From: Candidatus Eiseniibacteriota bacterium
GTDB lineage: Bacteria > Eisenbacteria > RBG-16-71-46 > JABDJR01
Direction of reading: 5' to 3'
Assembly (NCBI GenBank): GCA_963783375.1
Contig: CAWANH010000001.1
Coordinates: 176,830-240,829, forward strand
Length of the DNA: 64,000 nt
Position 1 is the stretch's first letter. Every line of letters starts with the position of its first letter. A program made the translations under genes and the position numbers. Shown here in pieces: positions 1 through 8,929 of this stretch. The notes under the pieces were generated by a model. The model made no database searches. It was not told where the DNA came from and saw only the letters and a list, made by a program, of their open reading frames with translations.

Positions 1-1257
1 CGCGTCCACCGTCTCGGCCAGCTCGCGGTTCTCGGCCGCGAAATAGGTATCGAAGTCCACCCCGAACCGCTCCTTCACCATGTCGAGGTCGAGCTCGAAG
101 TTGCACATCAGGGAATGGATGACGGTGCGGCGCAGACGGTCGTCGTCGTCGAGAACGAACCCCTTCTCCACCGGATACTCGTCCGCATCGAGCGCGCGGT
201 AGTAGTCGGAGAGCTTCTTCACGTTTTGCACGTACGCCCCGTCCACCTCGCCGATGGCCGAGATCCCGAAGGCGACCAGATCGGGGGCCGCCTTCACCGT
301 GTAGCCCATGAAGTTCCGGGTCAGGTCCCCGGTGAGACGGGCGCGGGCCAGCTCGTCGTCGGGGCGGGCGAAGTGGTCCATCCCGATCTGCAGGTAGCCG
401 GCGGCGGTGAACGCATCGATGGCGGAGGCGAAGAGCGCGAACTTGGTCTCCCGGTCCGGGAGCTCCCCCTCGTCGATCCGGCGCTGGTTGGGCCGGATCC
501 ACGGCACGTGGGCGTAGGAGTAGACCGCGGCCCGTCCCGGCCGGAGAGCCAGGACCTCGTCCAGGTTCTTCCGGAACCCCTCCACCGTCTGCCGGGGCAG
601 TCCGTAGACCAAGTCCACGTTCACGTCCTCGATCCCCACCGCCCTGGCGTGCCGGTGCAGGGCCAGGGTCTGCTCCCGGGTCTGCTCCCGGCCGATGGCC
701 GTCTGCACTTCGGGGGTGAAATCCTGGACCCCCATGCTCAAGCGGTTGAACCCCAGCGCGGCCAGGGTGTCCACGTGTTCGGCGGTGGTCACCCGGGGAT
801 CGACCTCGATGGCCACCTCGGCCTCGGGAAGGAGGTGGAAGTGGGTGGTGAGGGTCCCCATGAGCTCGCGCATCTGGTCCGGGGTCAGGTGCGTCGGGGT
901 GCCCCCGCCCCAGTGGAGCTGGAGCACGCTGTTCCGCTTTCCCAGGGCGCCGGCCACCTTGACGATCTCGCGGTTCAGCCGGTCCAGGTAGCCTCGTACC
1001 ACGTCCTCACGCCGGGTGATCACCACGTGACAGCCGCAGAAGTGGCAGCGATGTTCACAGAAGGGGACGTGGACGTAGAGGGAGAGCGGATCTTCGGGGC
1101 GGGCGGCGGCCCGGGCCAGCCGCTCCGCGTAGTCCGAGGCCCCGAAGGCCCCGGAGAATTCCGGAGCGGTGGGGTAGCTGGTGTAGCGGGGACCGGGCCG
1201 ATCGTAGCGGGCCAGGAGCTCGCCGGTGGCCTGGAATGCGTGGCTGTCTTCGCTCAT
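1..1257 (-). CDS. hemN: Oxygen-independent coproporphyrinogen III oxidase (radical SAM); 3' end runs off the window
   Basis: Not in the ORF track. Translated by hand from ATG 1257: MSEDSHAFQATGELLARYDRPGPRYTSYPTAPEF...LYVHVPFCEHRCHFCGC (HemN N-terminal PRYTSYP motif plus CxxxCxxC). ATGA overlap with the hemE stop. Confidence 0.93.
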   Translation of the reverse strand, partial: MSEDSHAFQATGELLARYDRPGPRYTSYPTAPEFSGAFGASDYAERLARAAARPEDPLSLYVHVPFCEHRCHFCGCHVVITRREDVVRGYLDRLNREIVKVAGALGKRNSVLQLHWGGGTPTHLTPDQMRELMGTLTTHFHLLPEAEVAIEVDPRVTTAEHVDTLAALGFNRLSMGVQDFTPEVQTAIGREQTREQTLALHRHARAVGIEDVNVDLVYGLPRQTVEGFRKNLDEVLALRPGRAAVYSYAHVPWIRPNQRRIDEGELPDRETKFALFASAIDAFTAAGYLQIGMDHFARPDDELARARLTGDLTRNFMGYTVKAAPDLVAFGISAIGEVDGAYVQNVKKLSDYYRALDADEYPVEKGFVLDDDDRLRRTVIHSLMCNFELDLDMVKERFGVDFDTYFAAENRELAETVDA

Positions 1258-2381
1258 TGGGTTTCCCCCGTGGTGGCGTGGTTGGCCTCGGTCTCCCGGC
1301 CGACCCTGAGGCGTCGGCCCTCCTCGTGGACGAAGCGAACCAGCTCGGCCACCGCTTCCACGGGAACGTCGGGGGTGATGCCGTGGCCGAGGTTGAAGAC
1401 GTGGGGGGTCTCGGGTCCCGCCTCCTCGAGAATCTCCCCGGCCCGGGCCTGGATGATCGGGACGGGGGCGAGAAGGAGCGCGGGATCGAGGTTCCCCTGG
1501 AGCGGACGGTGCCGTCCGAGCCGGCGCCTCGCGTCGCCCAGGGTGACCCGCCAGTCGATGCCCAGGACGTCGGCCCCGGTCTCGTCCATGAGCTCGAGAA
1601 TCCCCCCGGTGCCGTTGCCGTAGAGAATCACCGGCACCCCGTCGGTGCTCACGCTCTCCACCACCCGGCGGACGTGGGGAAGGACGTTCTCCGCGTAGTC
1701 CCTGGGGGAGAGGAGGCCGGCCCAGGTGTCGAAGAGCTGGACCGCCTGGGCCCCCGCCTCGATCTGGGCCTTGAGGTAATCGGAAACGACCAGGGTCAGC
1801 TTCTCCATGAGGGAGTGGAAGAGAACCGGCTCCTGGTACATGAGGGTCTTCAGCCGTGAGAAATTCTTGGACCCCTGCCCTTCCACCATGTAAGCGGCCA
1901 TGGTAAACGGCGCGCCGGCGAAGCCGATGAGCGCCACGGTGGGAGGAAGCTCCCGGCGCACGCGCCGGATGGTGTCCAGCACGAAGTCCAGGTCGCGGGT
2001 GGGGTCGATGCGTTTCAGCGCCCGGATGTCCTCGGCCGAGCCGACGGGCCGGGCGATGACCGGGCCGGGGCTGAACGCGACCTCCAACCCCATCGGCTCC
2101 AACGGGGTCAGGATGTCGGAAAAGAGGATGGCCGCATCGAGCCCGAATCGCCGGATGGGTTGCAGGGTCACCTCGGTGGCCAGCTCGGGGGTGCGACAGA
2201 GGGTGAGGAAATCCACCTTCTCCCGAACCCGCCGGTATTCCGGGAGATAGCGCCCGGCCTGGCGCATGATCCAGATGGGAGTGGTCTCCACCTGGTCCCC
2301 GCGAATGGCGCGCAGGAAGAGCGGGTCGAGATCCTCGGGGGCGCGGGTGATGCCGGGGCTGCCGGAATGTTCGCTGGTCAT
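1254..2381 (-). CDS. hemE: Uroporphyrinogen decarboxylase
   Basis: PIWIMRQAGRYLPEY, AAILFSDIL, GFAGAPFT and NLGHG motifs. ATG 2381 has an SD (GAAGGA); alternative GTG start at 2414. Confidence 0.96.
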   Translation of the reverse strand: MTSEHSGSPGITRAPEDLDPLFLRAIRGDQVETTPIWIMRQAGRYLPEYRRVREKVDFLTLCRTPELATEVTLQPIRRFGLDAAILFSDILTPLEPMGLEVAFSPGPVIARPVGSAEDIRALKRIDPTRDLDFVLDTIRRVRRELPPTVALIGFAGAPFTMAAYMVEGQGSKNFSRLKTLMYQEPVLFHSLMEKLTLVVSDYLKAQIEAGAQAVQLFDTWAGLLSPRDYAENVLPHVRRVVESVSTDGVPVILYGNGTGGILELMDETGADVLGIDWRVTLGDARRRLGRHRPLQGNLDPALLLAPVPIIQARAGEILEEAGPETPHVFNLGHGITPDVPVEAVAELVRFVHEEGRRLRVGRETEANHATTGETQ

Positions 2382-2538
2382 GGTTCCTTCACGAGAGATG
2401 GTGATTCCAGCCACCTATTCTAGCCGGGGGCGGACAACCTGTGCCATTCATAGTCCAGATGAGACATATCGTTTCACCGTCGGGAACCGCATCCGCGGCA
2501 AGGGGTTGGGCGGCCGGAGGGCGGGAGTCGGCGACCCC

Positions 2539-2952
2539 TCAGGACCTCCAATCCCCCTCGAAGGCGTCGGGAAGGAGATCGTGGGGGGAGGCCCAGGTCT
2601 GCTTCACCCCGTCCTGGTCCCCGAACACCACCCGCGCGCGGGGGGCCAGCTCGAGGATCACCTGCCGGCAGGCCCCGCAGGGCGTGGTCACCTTGGGGTG
2701 GTTGGAGGTGAGGACCAGGGTTTCGATCTCCCCGCTTCCGTGGGCCACGGCGTTGAACAGGGCCACCCGCTCCGCGCAGATCGTGAGCCCCAGGCTCGCG
2801 TTCTCCACGTTGCACCCCGGGTAGATCTGGCCGTCCCCGGCGACCGCCACCGCTCCCACCTTCACCTCCGAGTAGGGGCTCCGGGCCTGATCCATGGCCA
2901 GACGGGCCATCCGCAACAACTCATCGTCTCGTTTCTTCTCGCTCACGGGCAC
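2539..2952 (-). CDS. cdd: Cytidine deaminase
   Basis: SPYS..VGA, GCNVENAS, CAERVA and PCGACRQ zinc motifs. Confidence 0.95.
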   Translation of the reverse strand: MPVSEKKRDDELLRMARLAMDQARSPYSEVKVGAVAVAGDGQIYPGCNVENASLGLTICAERVALFNAVAHGSGEIETLVLTSNHPKVTTPCGACRQVILELAPRARVVFGDQDGVKQTWASPHDLLPDAFEGDWRS

Positions 2953-3070
2953 CTCGCTGGTTGAGCACGCGCCGCCGCACCGGCCTCCGGCCGAGCCGGG
3001 CCCCTGACTCTAGCACGGGTTCTCCCTGCGGCCCGGATCGTGGCCGCCGGCTGTGCTATCGTCGGGCCCC

Positions 3071-3913
3071 ATGTTCGAATCCCCGACCAACTCCGACAAG
3101 GAAGCGCGGGTCCGCGCTCCCGATTCCCCCCTCGAACGGGTCCTGGCCATGGCCCGGCTCCTGCGCGAACCCGGCGGATGTCCCTGGGATCGCGAGCAGA
3201 CCGTGGAGTCCATGACCCCCTATCTCCAGGAGGAGACCTTCGAGGTGGTGGAGGCGATCTCCGCCCGCGACCGGGACGGCTTCAACGAGGAGCTGGGGGA
3301 CCTCCTGTTCCTCGTCCTCTTCCTGGCCTCGGTGGCCGAGGAGACCGGATGGGGCACCCTCGACCGCATCGCGGACGGGGTGGTGGACAAGCTGGTCCGG
3401 CGTCATCCCCACGTGTTCGGGGAGAGCGGCGGGATCGAGACCACCGGGGCGGTCCGCCAGTGGGAAGAGATCAAGCGCGCCGAGCACGAAGCCAAGTCGG
3501 GGACCGAGGTCCCGTCGACCCTGGGGCGCCGCCCCGCCGGCCTTCCCGCCCTGACCACCGCGTTCCGGATCTCGGAAAAGGCCGGGGCGGTGGGGTTCCA
3601 GTGGCCGGGCGTGGCCGAGGCGATGGCCAAGCTCACCGAGGAGCTGGGGGAGCTCCAGGCCGAGGTGGCCGCGGACGCCCCCAGCGAGCGATTGGAGGAC
3701 GAGATCGGCGACCTCCTCTACGCCACGGCCAACCTGGCCCGCTACCTCCGGATCGATCCCGAGCGCGCGCTCCGGGGAACGGTGGCGAAGTTCCTCCGGC
3801 GCTTCCGCTACGTGGAGGAGAAGCTGGCCGAGCGGGGCAGGAGTCCGGCCGGATCGGATCTCGAGGAAATGGACCGGCTCTGGAACGAGGCCAAGCGCGC
3901 CGGGGGCTCCTGA
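3071..3913 (+). CDS. mazG: Nucleoside triphosphate pyrophosphohydrolase MazG
   Basis: GCPWDREQT, EELGDLL, KLVRRHPHVFG and a second EIGDLL domain. Confidence 0.95.
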   Translation: MFESPTNSDKEARVRAPDSPLERVLAMARLLREPGGCPWDREQTVESMTPYLQEETFEVVEAISARDRDGFNEELGDLLFLVLFLASVAEETGWGTLDRIADGVVDKLVRRHPHVFGESGGIETTGAVRQWEEIKRAEHEAKSGTEVPSTLGRRPAGLPALTTAFRISEKAGAVGFQWPGVAEAMAKLTEELGELQAEVAADAPSERLEDEIGDLLYATANLARYLRIDPERALRGTVAKFLRRFRYVEEKLAERGRSPAGSDLEEMDRLWNEAKRAGGS

Positions 3914-4002
3914 GCCGTCGGGACGGCGCGCTTCCCGCGACGAGGACGGCCGAGCGGGCGGTCGGATGCCCGCCGCAGCGGCGGGTCCGTGAATGGGTCG
4001 GG

Positions 4003-4599
4003 CTACGAGACGCGGCCGGTGGCTCCGTTGGACGAACGGTCCCGGCGCACCCGTTTCGTGGAGACCATGAGGAGCTTCGCCGGCCCCTCCCCCAGGTTCT
4101 GCATCCCGTGGGGACGGTCCGCCGGATAGTGGAGCGCATCCCCGGCCGACATCATGAATTCCTGATTCCCGACCCGATAGCGTACGCGCCCCGAGAGCAG
4201 GTACACCCCTTCCTCCCCCCCGTGGGCATCGTACTCGATTTCGCGCGAGTCGCCGGGATCCAGCTCCAGCATGTAGGCGTTCAGCCGGCCGCCGGTGATG
4301 CCGGGAGTCAGGTACTCTCCCTTCACCAGCGCCACGTCCTCGGGCAGCGGTTGGCGTTCGCCGGCCCGGGTGATCGCCACCTCACTCAGGTGCTCCTCCT
4401 CGAGGAAGTACGAGGTCTCCTTGCCGAGGGCCGTGGCGATGCGCATGAGCGCCCCGATGGTGGGTGAGGTCTTCCCCCGCTCGATCTCGGAAATGTGGGT
4501 GGCGGAGAAGCCGGAGTTTCGCTCGAGCTCTTTCAGGGTGAGGCGGCGTCCCTTGCGGACTTCGCGAATACGCGAGCCCAGGTTCTGCTTCGATATCAT
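4003..4599 (-). CDS. XRE-family HTH + cupin transcriptional regulator
   Basis: HTH SATHISEIERGKTSPT; cupin HGGEE...GDALHY...PH. Start taken at MISKQ (4599). Confidence 0.88.
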   Translation of the reverse strand: MISKQNLGSRIREVRKGRRLTLKELERNSGFSATHISEIERGKTSPTIGALMRIATALGKETSYFLEEEHLSEVAITRAGERQPLPEDVALVKGEYLTPGITGGRLNAYMLELDPGDSREIEYDAHGGEEGVYLLSGRVRYRVGNQEFMMSAGDALHYPADRPHGMQNLGEGPAKLLMVSTKRVRRDRSSNGATGRVS

Positions 4600-4619
4600 C
4601 TGCGGGATTCCCCTTGCCC

Positions 4620-5177
4620 TTAAATCGTGTAGCGAGGCCAGTCCACCCAGAACACCCGGCACTCCGATGCGCCGAGGCTCATGAGCTTGACCGGGATGGA
4701 CGCTTTGAAGTGGATGCTGTCGCCCTCGTTGAGCACGTGCGTTTGCTCCTGAAGCTCGATCTGCAACGTTCCCTGGATCACGTGGAGAAATTTGTCCCCG
4801 GGACGGGCCGGACGGATCAGCGGCTCACCCATGTCCGGTCTCAGATCGAGCACGAAGAGCGACAGCTCCGCGTAGGGCTTTTCCGTCGTGAGGAGTTCCC
4901 AGGACGCGCCGTTTCGGGGGCCGACAACCTTTTCCCGATCGCCCTGGCGGGTGTGGGAAATCTCTTCCCCCACGGGGATGTCCACCAGGAACGAGGGATT
5001 CACCTGGAGGGCATCGGCTATCTTCCCCAGCGCCCCCACCGTGGGGGACGTCTTTCCCCGTTCGATCTCCGACACGTGGGTGGCCGAAACCCCCACCCGG
5101 GATTCGATATCCTTGAGGGTGAACCCCTGGGAAAGCCTGAGTTGCTTGATGCGGCGGCCTAACTCGAGGTTGTTCAT
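4620..5177 (-). CDS. XRE-family HTH + cupin transcriptional regulator (paralogue)
   Basis: HTH SATHVSEIERGKTSPT; C-terminal cupin LNEGDSIHF. Confidence 0.88.
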   Translation of the reverse strand: MNNLELGRRIKQLRLSQGFTLKDIESRVGVSATHVSEIERGKTSPTVGALGKIADALQVNPSFLVDIPVGEEISHTRQGDREKVVGPRNGASWELLTTEKPYAELSLFVLDLRPDMGEPLIRPARPGDKFLHVIQGTLQIELQEQTHVLNEGDSIHFKASIPVKLMSLGASECRVFWVDWPRYTI

Positions 5178-5249
5178 CGCCCCATTTCCTGTCGGGTGTC
5201 TCTGTCCGCACCCACCCCGCTATAGTCATGCAAATACAAGAGCCCAATA

Positions 5250-5278
5250 AGCTTACACAACCCCTGAGACCAAGTCAA
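5250..5278 (-). promoter_or_regulatory. sigma70-type promoter for the XRE pair
   Basis: Minus strand TTGACT-N17-TAAGCT, with TGTG immediately before the -10. Confidence 0.6.
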
Positions 5279-5358
5279 CGGACAATGGGGGGCGGGATGT
5301 GGAAATGGCGGTTGACGGTCGGGAGGGGCGGAATGGCCGCCCCGGCGTCCGGGTACGA

Positions 5359-5388
5359 TTGACGGACTGGGGCTCGGGGGGGTATACT
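5359..5388 (+). promoter_or_regulatory. sigma70-type promoter upstream of the 3D-domain gene
   Basis: TTGACG-N18-TATACT. Confidence 0.55.
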
Positions 5389-5461
5389 AGACAGCTTGAA
5401 TAGGTTCTATCAGACCATTGCTCGTCATCGTTCCTCCCCGTGACCCGCCTTCGACCCTGAT

Positions 5462-5477
5462 CGGCACACGTCTTGCT
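5462..5477 (+). promoter_or_regulatory. sigma54 (-24/-12) promoter candidate
   Basis: CGGCACACGTCTTGCT matches YGGCACRNNNNTTGCW with exact GG-N10-GC spacing, just upstream of SD GAGGT and the ATG. Confidence 0.6.
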
Positions 5478-5494
5478 TTGAAGTAGGCCGAGGT

Positions 5495-6100
5495 ATGAAT
5501 ATGAATGAAGACCAAAAACAGAGTCCGCAAGGGATCAGGGCGCGGCGCGCCCTTGGCGCCGTCCTCCTGGGAACCGGCCTTCTGGTGCTCGGGTTCCGAG
5601 GGGCTCCCCGCACGTCGGCCTCCGCCTCGTCCGTCACCGCCCCCGATGGGATCCCCACCTGGAGCTTGAACGTGGCGCCGCCCGCCACACCCTCCCGGAT
5701 GCCCCGGCACCTGTTCCGGATCCCGGTGACGGTGACCGGCTACAGCAGCACCGCGGACCAGACCGACGACACTCCCTTCGTGACCGCGTCCAACACCCGC
5801 GTTCGCCGGGGCGTGATCGCCCTCTCCCGCGATCTCCTGCGGGAATTCACTCCCGCCGCCCCCTTCGCCTTCGGGGATCTCCTGGAGATCGAGGGCGTGG
5901 GAACCTTCCGGGTCGAGGACACCATGGCCGAGCGCTACCGCCAGCGGGCGGACATCTGGTTCAGCAGCCGATCCGCGGCCCAGCAGTGGGGTCGCCGGCA
6001 CCAGGTTCTCGCGCGCCTCACCCCCGACGCCCGGGAGGTCGCACGGCGGGCACCGTCCCGTGCCCCGCTCCCCCTGTTCGAGGCCGCCCTGGCCGACTGA
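5495..6100 (+). CDS. 3D (Asp-Asp-Asp) domain cell-wall protein / lytic transglycosylase-like, N-terminal membrane anchor
   Basis: VTVTGYSS...QTDDTPFVTAS, IALSRDL, FRVEDTM, ADIWF...A.QWGRR. True start may be 5501. Confidence 0.82.
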   Translation: MNMNEDQKQSPQGIRARRALGAVLLGTGLLVLGFRGAPRTSASASSVTAPDGIPTWSLNVAPPATPSRMPRHLFRIPVTVTGYSSTADQTDDTPFVTASNTRVRRGVIALSRDLLREFTPAAPFAFGDLLEIEGVGTFRVEDTMAERYRQRADIWFSSRSAAQQWGRRHQVLARLTPDAREVARRAPSRAPLPLFEAALAD

Positions 6101-6175
6101 TCCGGCCGGATTCCCTTCCCTTCGATCGGTTGACGGAGGGGCGAAATGCCCCGAAAGCCGGCGCCGGATCCCCCA

Positions 6176-6544
6176 TCAAGCCGTCTCCGAGGATCCCGAT
6201 TTCTTCACGTCGCGGTGGGTGTACTTGAGGACTTCGACCCGTTCGAGGGTGATGAGCCCCTCCTGGATCATGGACTCGAGCTCCGGAAGCACCGCGCGGA
6301 TCCGCTCCTCGGTATCCACGGCTTCGATCACCAGGGGAAGGTCCTGGGAGAGACGAAGGATGCGGGCGGTGTGGATGCGGCTGTGCGCTCCGAAGCCCTC
6401 CACTCCCTTGAGGACGGTGGCCCCGGCCAGCCCCTTCTCCCGCAGAAATCGCACCAGCCCCTCATAGAGAGGACGGCCCTGGTAGGTATCGTCCTCTCCG
6501 ATGAAGATGCGGACGAGGAGCCCCTGTCCCGAGAGCGTGGTCAT
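6176..6544 (-). CDS. DUF190 (PII-like) protein
   Basis: RIFIGEDD, GLAGATVLKGVEGFG, LSQDLPLVIE; usual partner of crcB. Confidence 0.9.
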   Translation of the reverse strand: MTTLSGQGLLVRIFIGEDDTYQGRPLYEGLVRFLREKGLAGATVLKGVEGFGAHSRIHTARILRLSQDLPLVIEAVDTEERIRAVLPELESMIQEGLITLERVEVLKYTHRDVKKSGSSETA

Positions 6545-6580
6545 TGTGGTCTCCTCCCTGCGCCCCCCCGGGCGCCGGGT

Positions 6581-6964
6581 TCAGCTGAGCCGCGCCGCGG
6601 CGAGCCCCACGAACACCGCGGCCACCCCAAGTACGAGATGGAGTCCCAGGTAGGCTCCGGCGCCCCCCCACCAGCCCTCCCGCAGCAACGAACCGGTCTC
6701 GAGGGCGAAGGTGCTGTAGGTGCTGAACGCCCCCATGAACCCTACTCCCCACAAGAGCCGCCAGGTTGCCGGGGCCGTGGACCGCTCCCACCGGCCCACC
6801 AGGAAGCCGAGGGCGAAGCAGGCAATGAGGTTCACCCCCAGGGTTCCCCACGGGAATCGGGCCCCGGCCAGGCGCTGAATCCATCCCGAAACCGCGTAGC
6901 GGGCGAGCGCGCCCAGGGATCCCCCCAGAGCCACCGCCAGCGCGTTCTTGATCCCGGTCATCAT
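6581..6964 (-). CDS. crcB: Fluoride efflux channel CrcB/Fluc
   Basis: GGSLGALARY, FPWGTLGVN, GFMGAFSTYSTF; ATGA overlap with the rsgA stop. Confidence 0.93.
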   Translation of the reverse strand: MMTGIKNALAVALGGSLGALARYAVSGWIQRLAGARFPWGTLGVNLIACFALGFLVGRWERSTAPATWRLLWGVGFMGAFSTYSTFALETGSLLREGWWGGAGAYLGLHLVLGVAAVFVGLAAARLS

Positions 6965-7896
6965 CCATCCCCCGCGATCAGGCTCTGGTGTATGCGTCCG
7001 TACGAGAGATACCGGTGTCCGGCCACCCGGCCCGCCTCCACCCCCTCCTTGACCGCGCACCCCGGCTCGGCCAGGTGCCGGCAGTCCTGGAACCGGCACT
7101 CCTCCGCCAGGTCCCCGAACTCGGGAAAATGGCCGGCCAAGTCCTCGGGGGGAAGGCCGGACAGATCGAGAACCCGAAGCCCGGGACTGTCCACCAGGCT
7201 ACCGCCCGAGGGAAGCGGGAGCATCTCCACCCAGGTCGTGGTGTGGCGCCCCTTCTGGGTGCGCTCGCTGATCTCGCCCACCCGAAGCGCGGCGTCGGGC
7301 ACCAGGTGATTGACCAGGCTCGACTTCCCGGCCCCGGAAGGACCGAGAAGGACGGACGTTCCCCGAGCCAGGCGGTTCCGGAGCTCGTCCATGCCCTCCC
7401 CGGTGCGGGCGGAAACGAAGATGACCGGGACCCCGAGCTCGGGATAAACCCGAAGCTCAGGCGCTTCGCGCACCGCGGGGTCGAGATCCAACTTGTTGAT
7501 GCAGACCATGGCCGGGACCCCCCCGAAGGATGCCAGGACCAGGTAACGGTCCACGGTGGACGGCTTCCAGACCGGCTCCCGGGCGGACAGCACCACCACC
7601 GCCAGGTCGAGGTTCGCGGCCAGGACCTGTCGCTTGCCGCTTCGGCCGGAGGCGGGACGAAAGAGGGAGTTCTCCCGAGGGAGGACCTCCTCCACCAGGG
7701 CTCCCTCGCGCACCGGGGTCCAGAGCACCCGGTCCCCCACCGCCATCGGATCCACGAGGTCGGGGGCGCGGTAACGGAGCTTCTTGGGAACCACCGCGGA
7801 GACCTCCTCCCCGTCGTAGACTCGGAGGGTGAAGGTCCGGCTCCGGGCCCGCACCACCAGGCCTTCGTGGCTAGTGTCCCGTCTCGGGGATTTCAT
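6961..7896 (-). CDS. rsgA: Ribosome small subunit-dependent GTPase A
   Basis: Circularly permuted GTPase (NKLDL, GPSGAGKSS, GRHTTT, DSPG) and Zn finger CRFQDCRHLAEPGC. Confidence 0.96.
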   Translation of the reverse strand: MKSPRRDTSHEGLVVRARSRTFTLRVYDGEEVSAVVPKKLRYRAPDLVDPMAVGDRVLWTPVREGALVEEVLPRENSLFRPASGRSGKRQVLAANLDLAVVVLSAREPVWKPSTVDRYLVLASFGGVPAMVCINKLDLDPAVREAPELRVYPELGVPVIFVSARTGEGMDELRNRLARGTSVLLGPSGAGKSSLVNHLVPDAALRVGEISERTQKGRHTTTWVEMLPLPSGGSLVDSPGLRVLDLSGLPPEDLAGHFPEFGDLAEECRFQDCRHLAEPGCAVKEGVEAGRVAGHRYLSYGRIHQSLIAGDG

Positions 7897-7942
7897 GACC
7901 GGCGATCTTATCCTCCCCGCGCGGGGGTCGGTAGACGGGAAT

Positions 7943-8821
7943 TCAAGCCGAGGCGACCCGGGGCGGCGGAGACTTCCTGGAGCCGTAACGATACGCGTAC
8001 ACCTGGGTGAACTCGGCGCCGAAGAAGAGGATCTGCGCGGAGTAGTAAACCCAGATCAGGATGATCACCAGGGATCCCGCCGCTCCGTAGCTCGAGGCGA
8101 TGCTGCTGCTCCCGAGGTAGAGGCCGATCAGGAACTTCCCCACCGCGAAGAGCACGGCGGTGAGCCCCGCTCCCCACCATACGTCTCCCCAATCCACATC
8201 GGTATCCGGAATGTAGCGAAAGATGAGGGCGAAGAGCAGGGTCACCACCAGGAAGTCCACCAGGAGGTTCCCCCACTCCAGGAGGTGGAACCAGGCCGGG
8301 AGATAGCCTTCGGCGAAGTGGCTGAGCCCCGACAGGAACGCGCTGGTGAGGAGAGAGACCAGGAGCAGGAACCCGGTTCCGAGAACCATGATGAAGGAGA
8401 TCGCCCGGTCCTTGAGGAGGTTCCTCCACCAGCTCCCCTCCCGGCTGCGGACGTTCCAGAGCATGTTCATGGCGTCCTGGAGCATGTTGAAGACCCCGAG
8501 AGCGGCGAAGATCAGCGCGATCACCCCGGCCACCGAGGCCCAGAACCCCGCTCCCGGCCGGTTCGCGCTGGCCAGCAGAGCCTCTACCGCCCGCGCTCCG
8601 TCCCCCCCGATGAGCGAACGGACCTGGGAGACGATCTCACCCCGCGCGGCCTCGGGCCCCAGCACCGCCCCCGCGATGGCAATGCCGATGATGAGAAGAG
8701 GGGCCAACGAGAAGGCGGTGTAGAAGGCCAGGGCCGCGGCCAGACGATGGGCCCGGTCCGCCCGCCACTCCAGATAGGTATCCTGCAGGAGGCTCATGAC
8801 GATCTTGATTCTATGATTCAT
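7943..8821 (-). CDS. YihY/virulence factor BrkB family membrane protein
   Basis: AAALAFYTAFSLAPLL, YGAAGSLVIILIWVYYSAQILFFGAEF. Confidence 0.9.
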   Translation of the reverse strand: MNHRIKIVMSLLQDTYLEWRADRAHRLAAALAFYTAFSLAPLLIIGIAIAGAVLGPEAARGEIVSQVRSLIGGDGARAVEALLASANRPGAGFWASVAGVIALIFAALGVFNMLQDAMNMLWNVRSREGSWWRNLLKDRAISFIMVLGTGFLLLVSLLTSAFLSGLSHFAEGYLPAWFHLLEWGNLLVDFLVVTLLFALIFRYIPDTDVDWGDVWWGAGLTAVLFAVGKFLIGLYLGSSSIASSYGAAGSLVIILIWVYYSAQILFFGAEFTQVYAYRYGSRKSPPPRVASA

Positions 8822-8929
8822 ACCGACGATCGTACGGGGTGAGAGACAACCCCCTAAGCTTAACCCGTTGCGCCCCCGAATGCCCGTGCGCCCCCGGGCA
8901 GGGGGGAGACGTAGGTGGACTCCGGTGGA

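Noticed and set aside
115-1623. 502-aa plus-strand ORF
   Set aside because: Antisense to hemN/hemE, which carry the diagnostic motifs.
6964-7943. Fluoride riboswitch ahead of crcB
   Set aside because: crcB is coupled directly to rsgA, and I found no crcB-motif sequence upstream of either gene.
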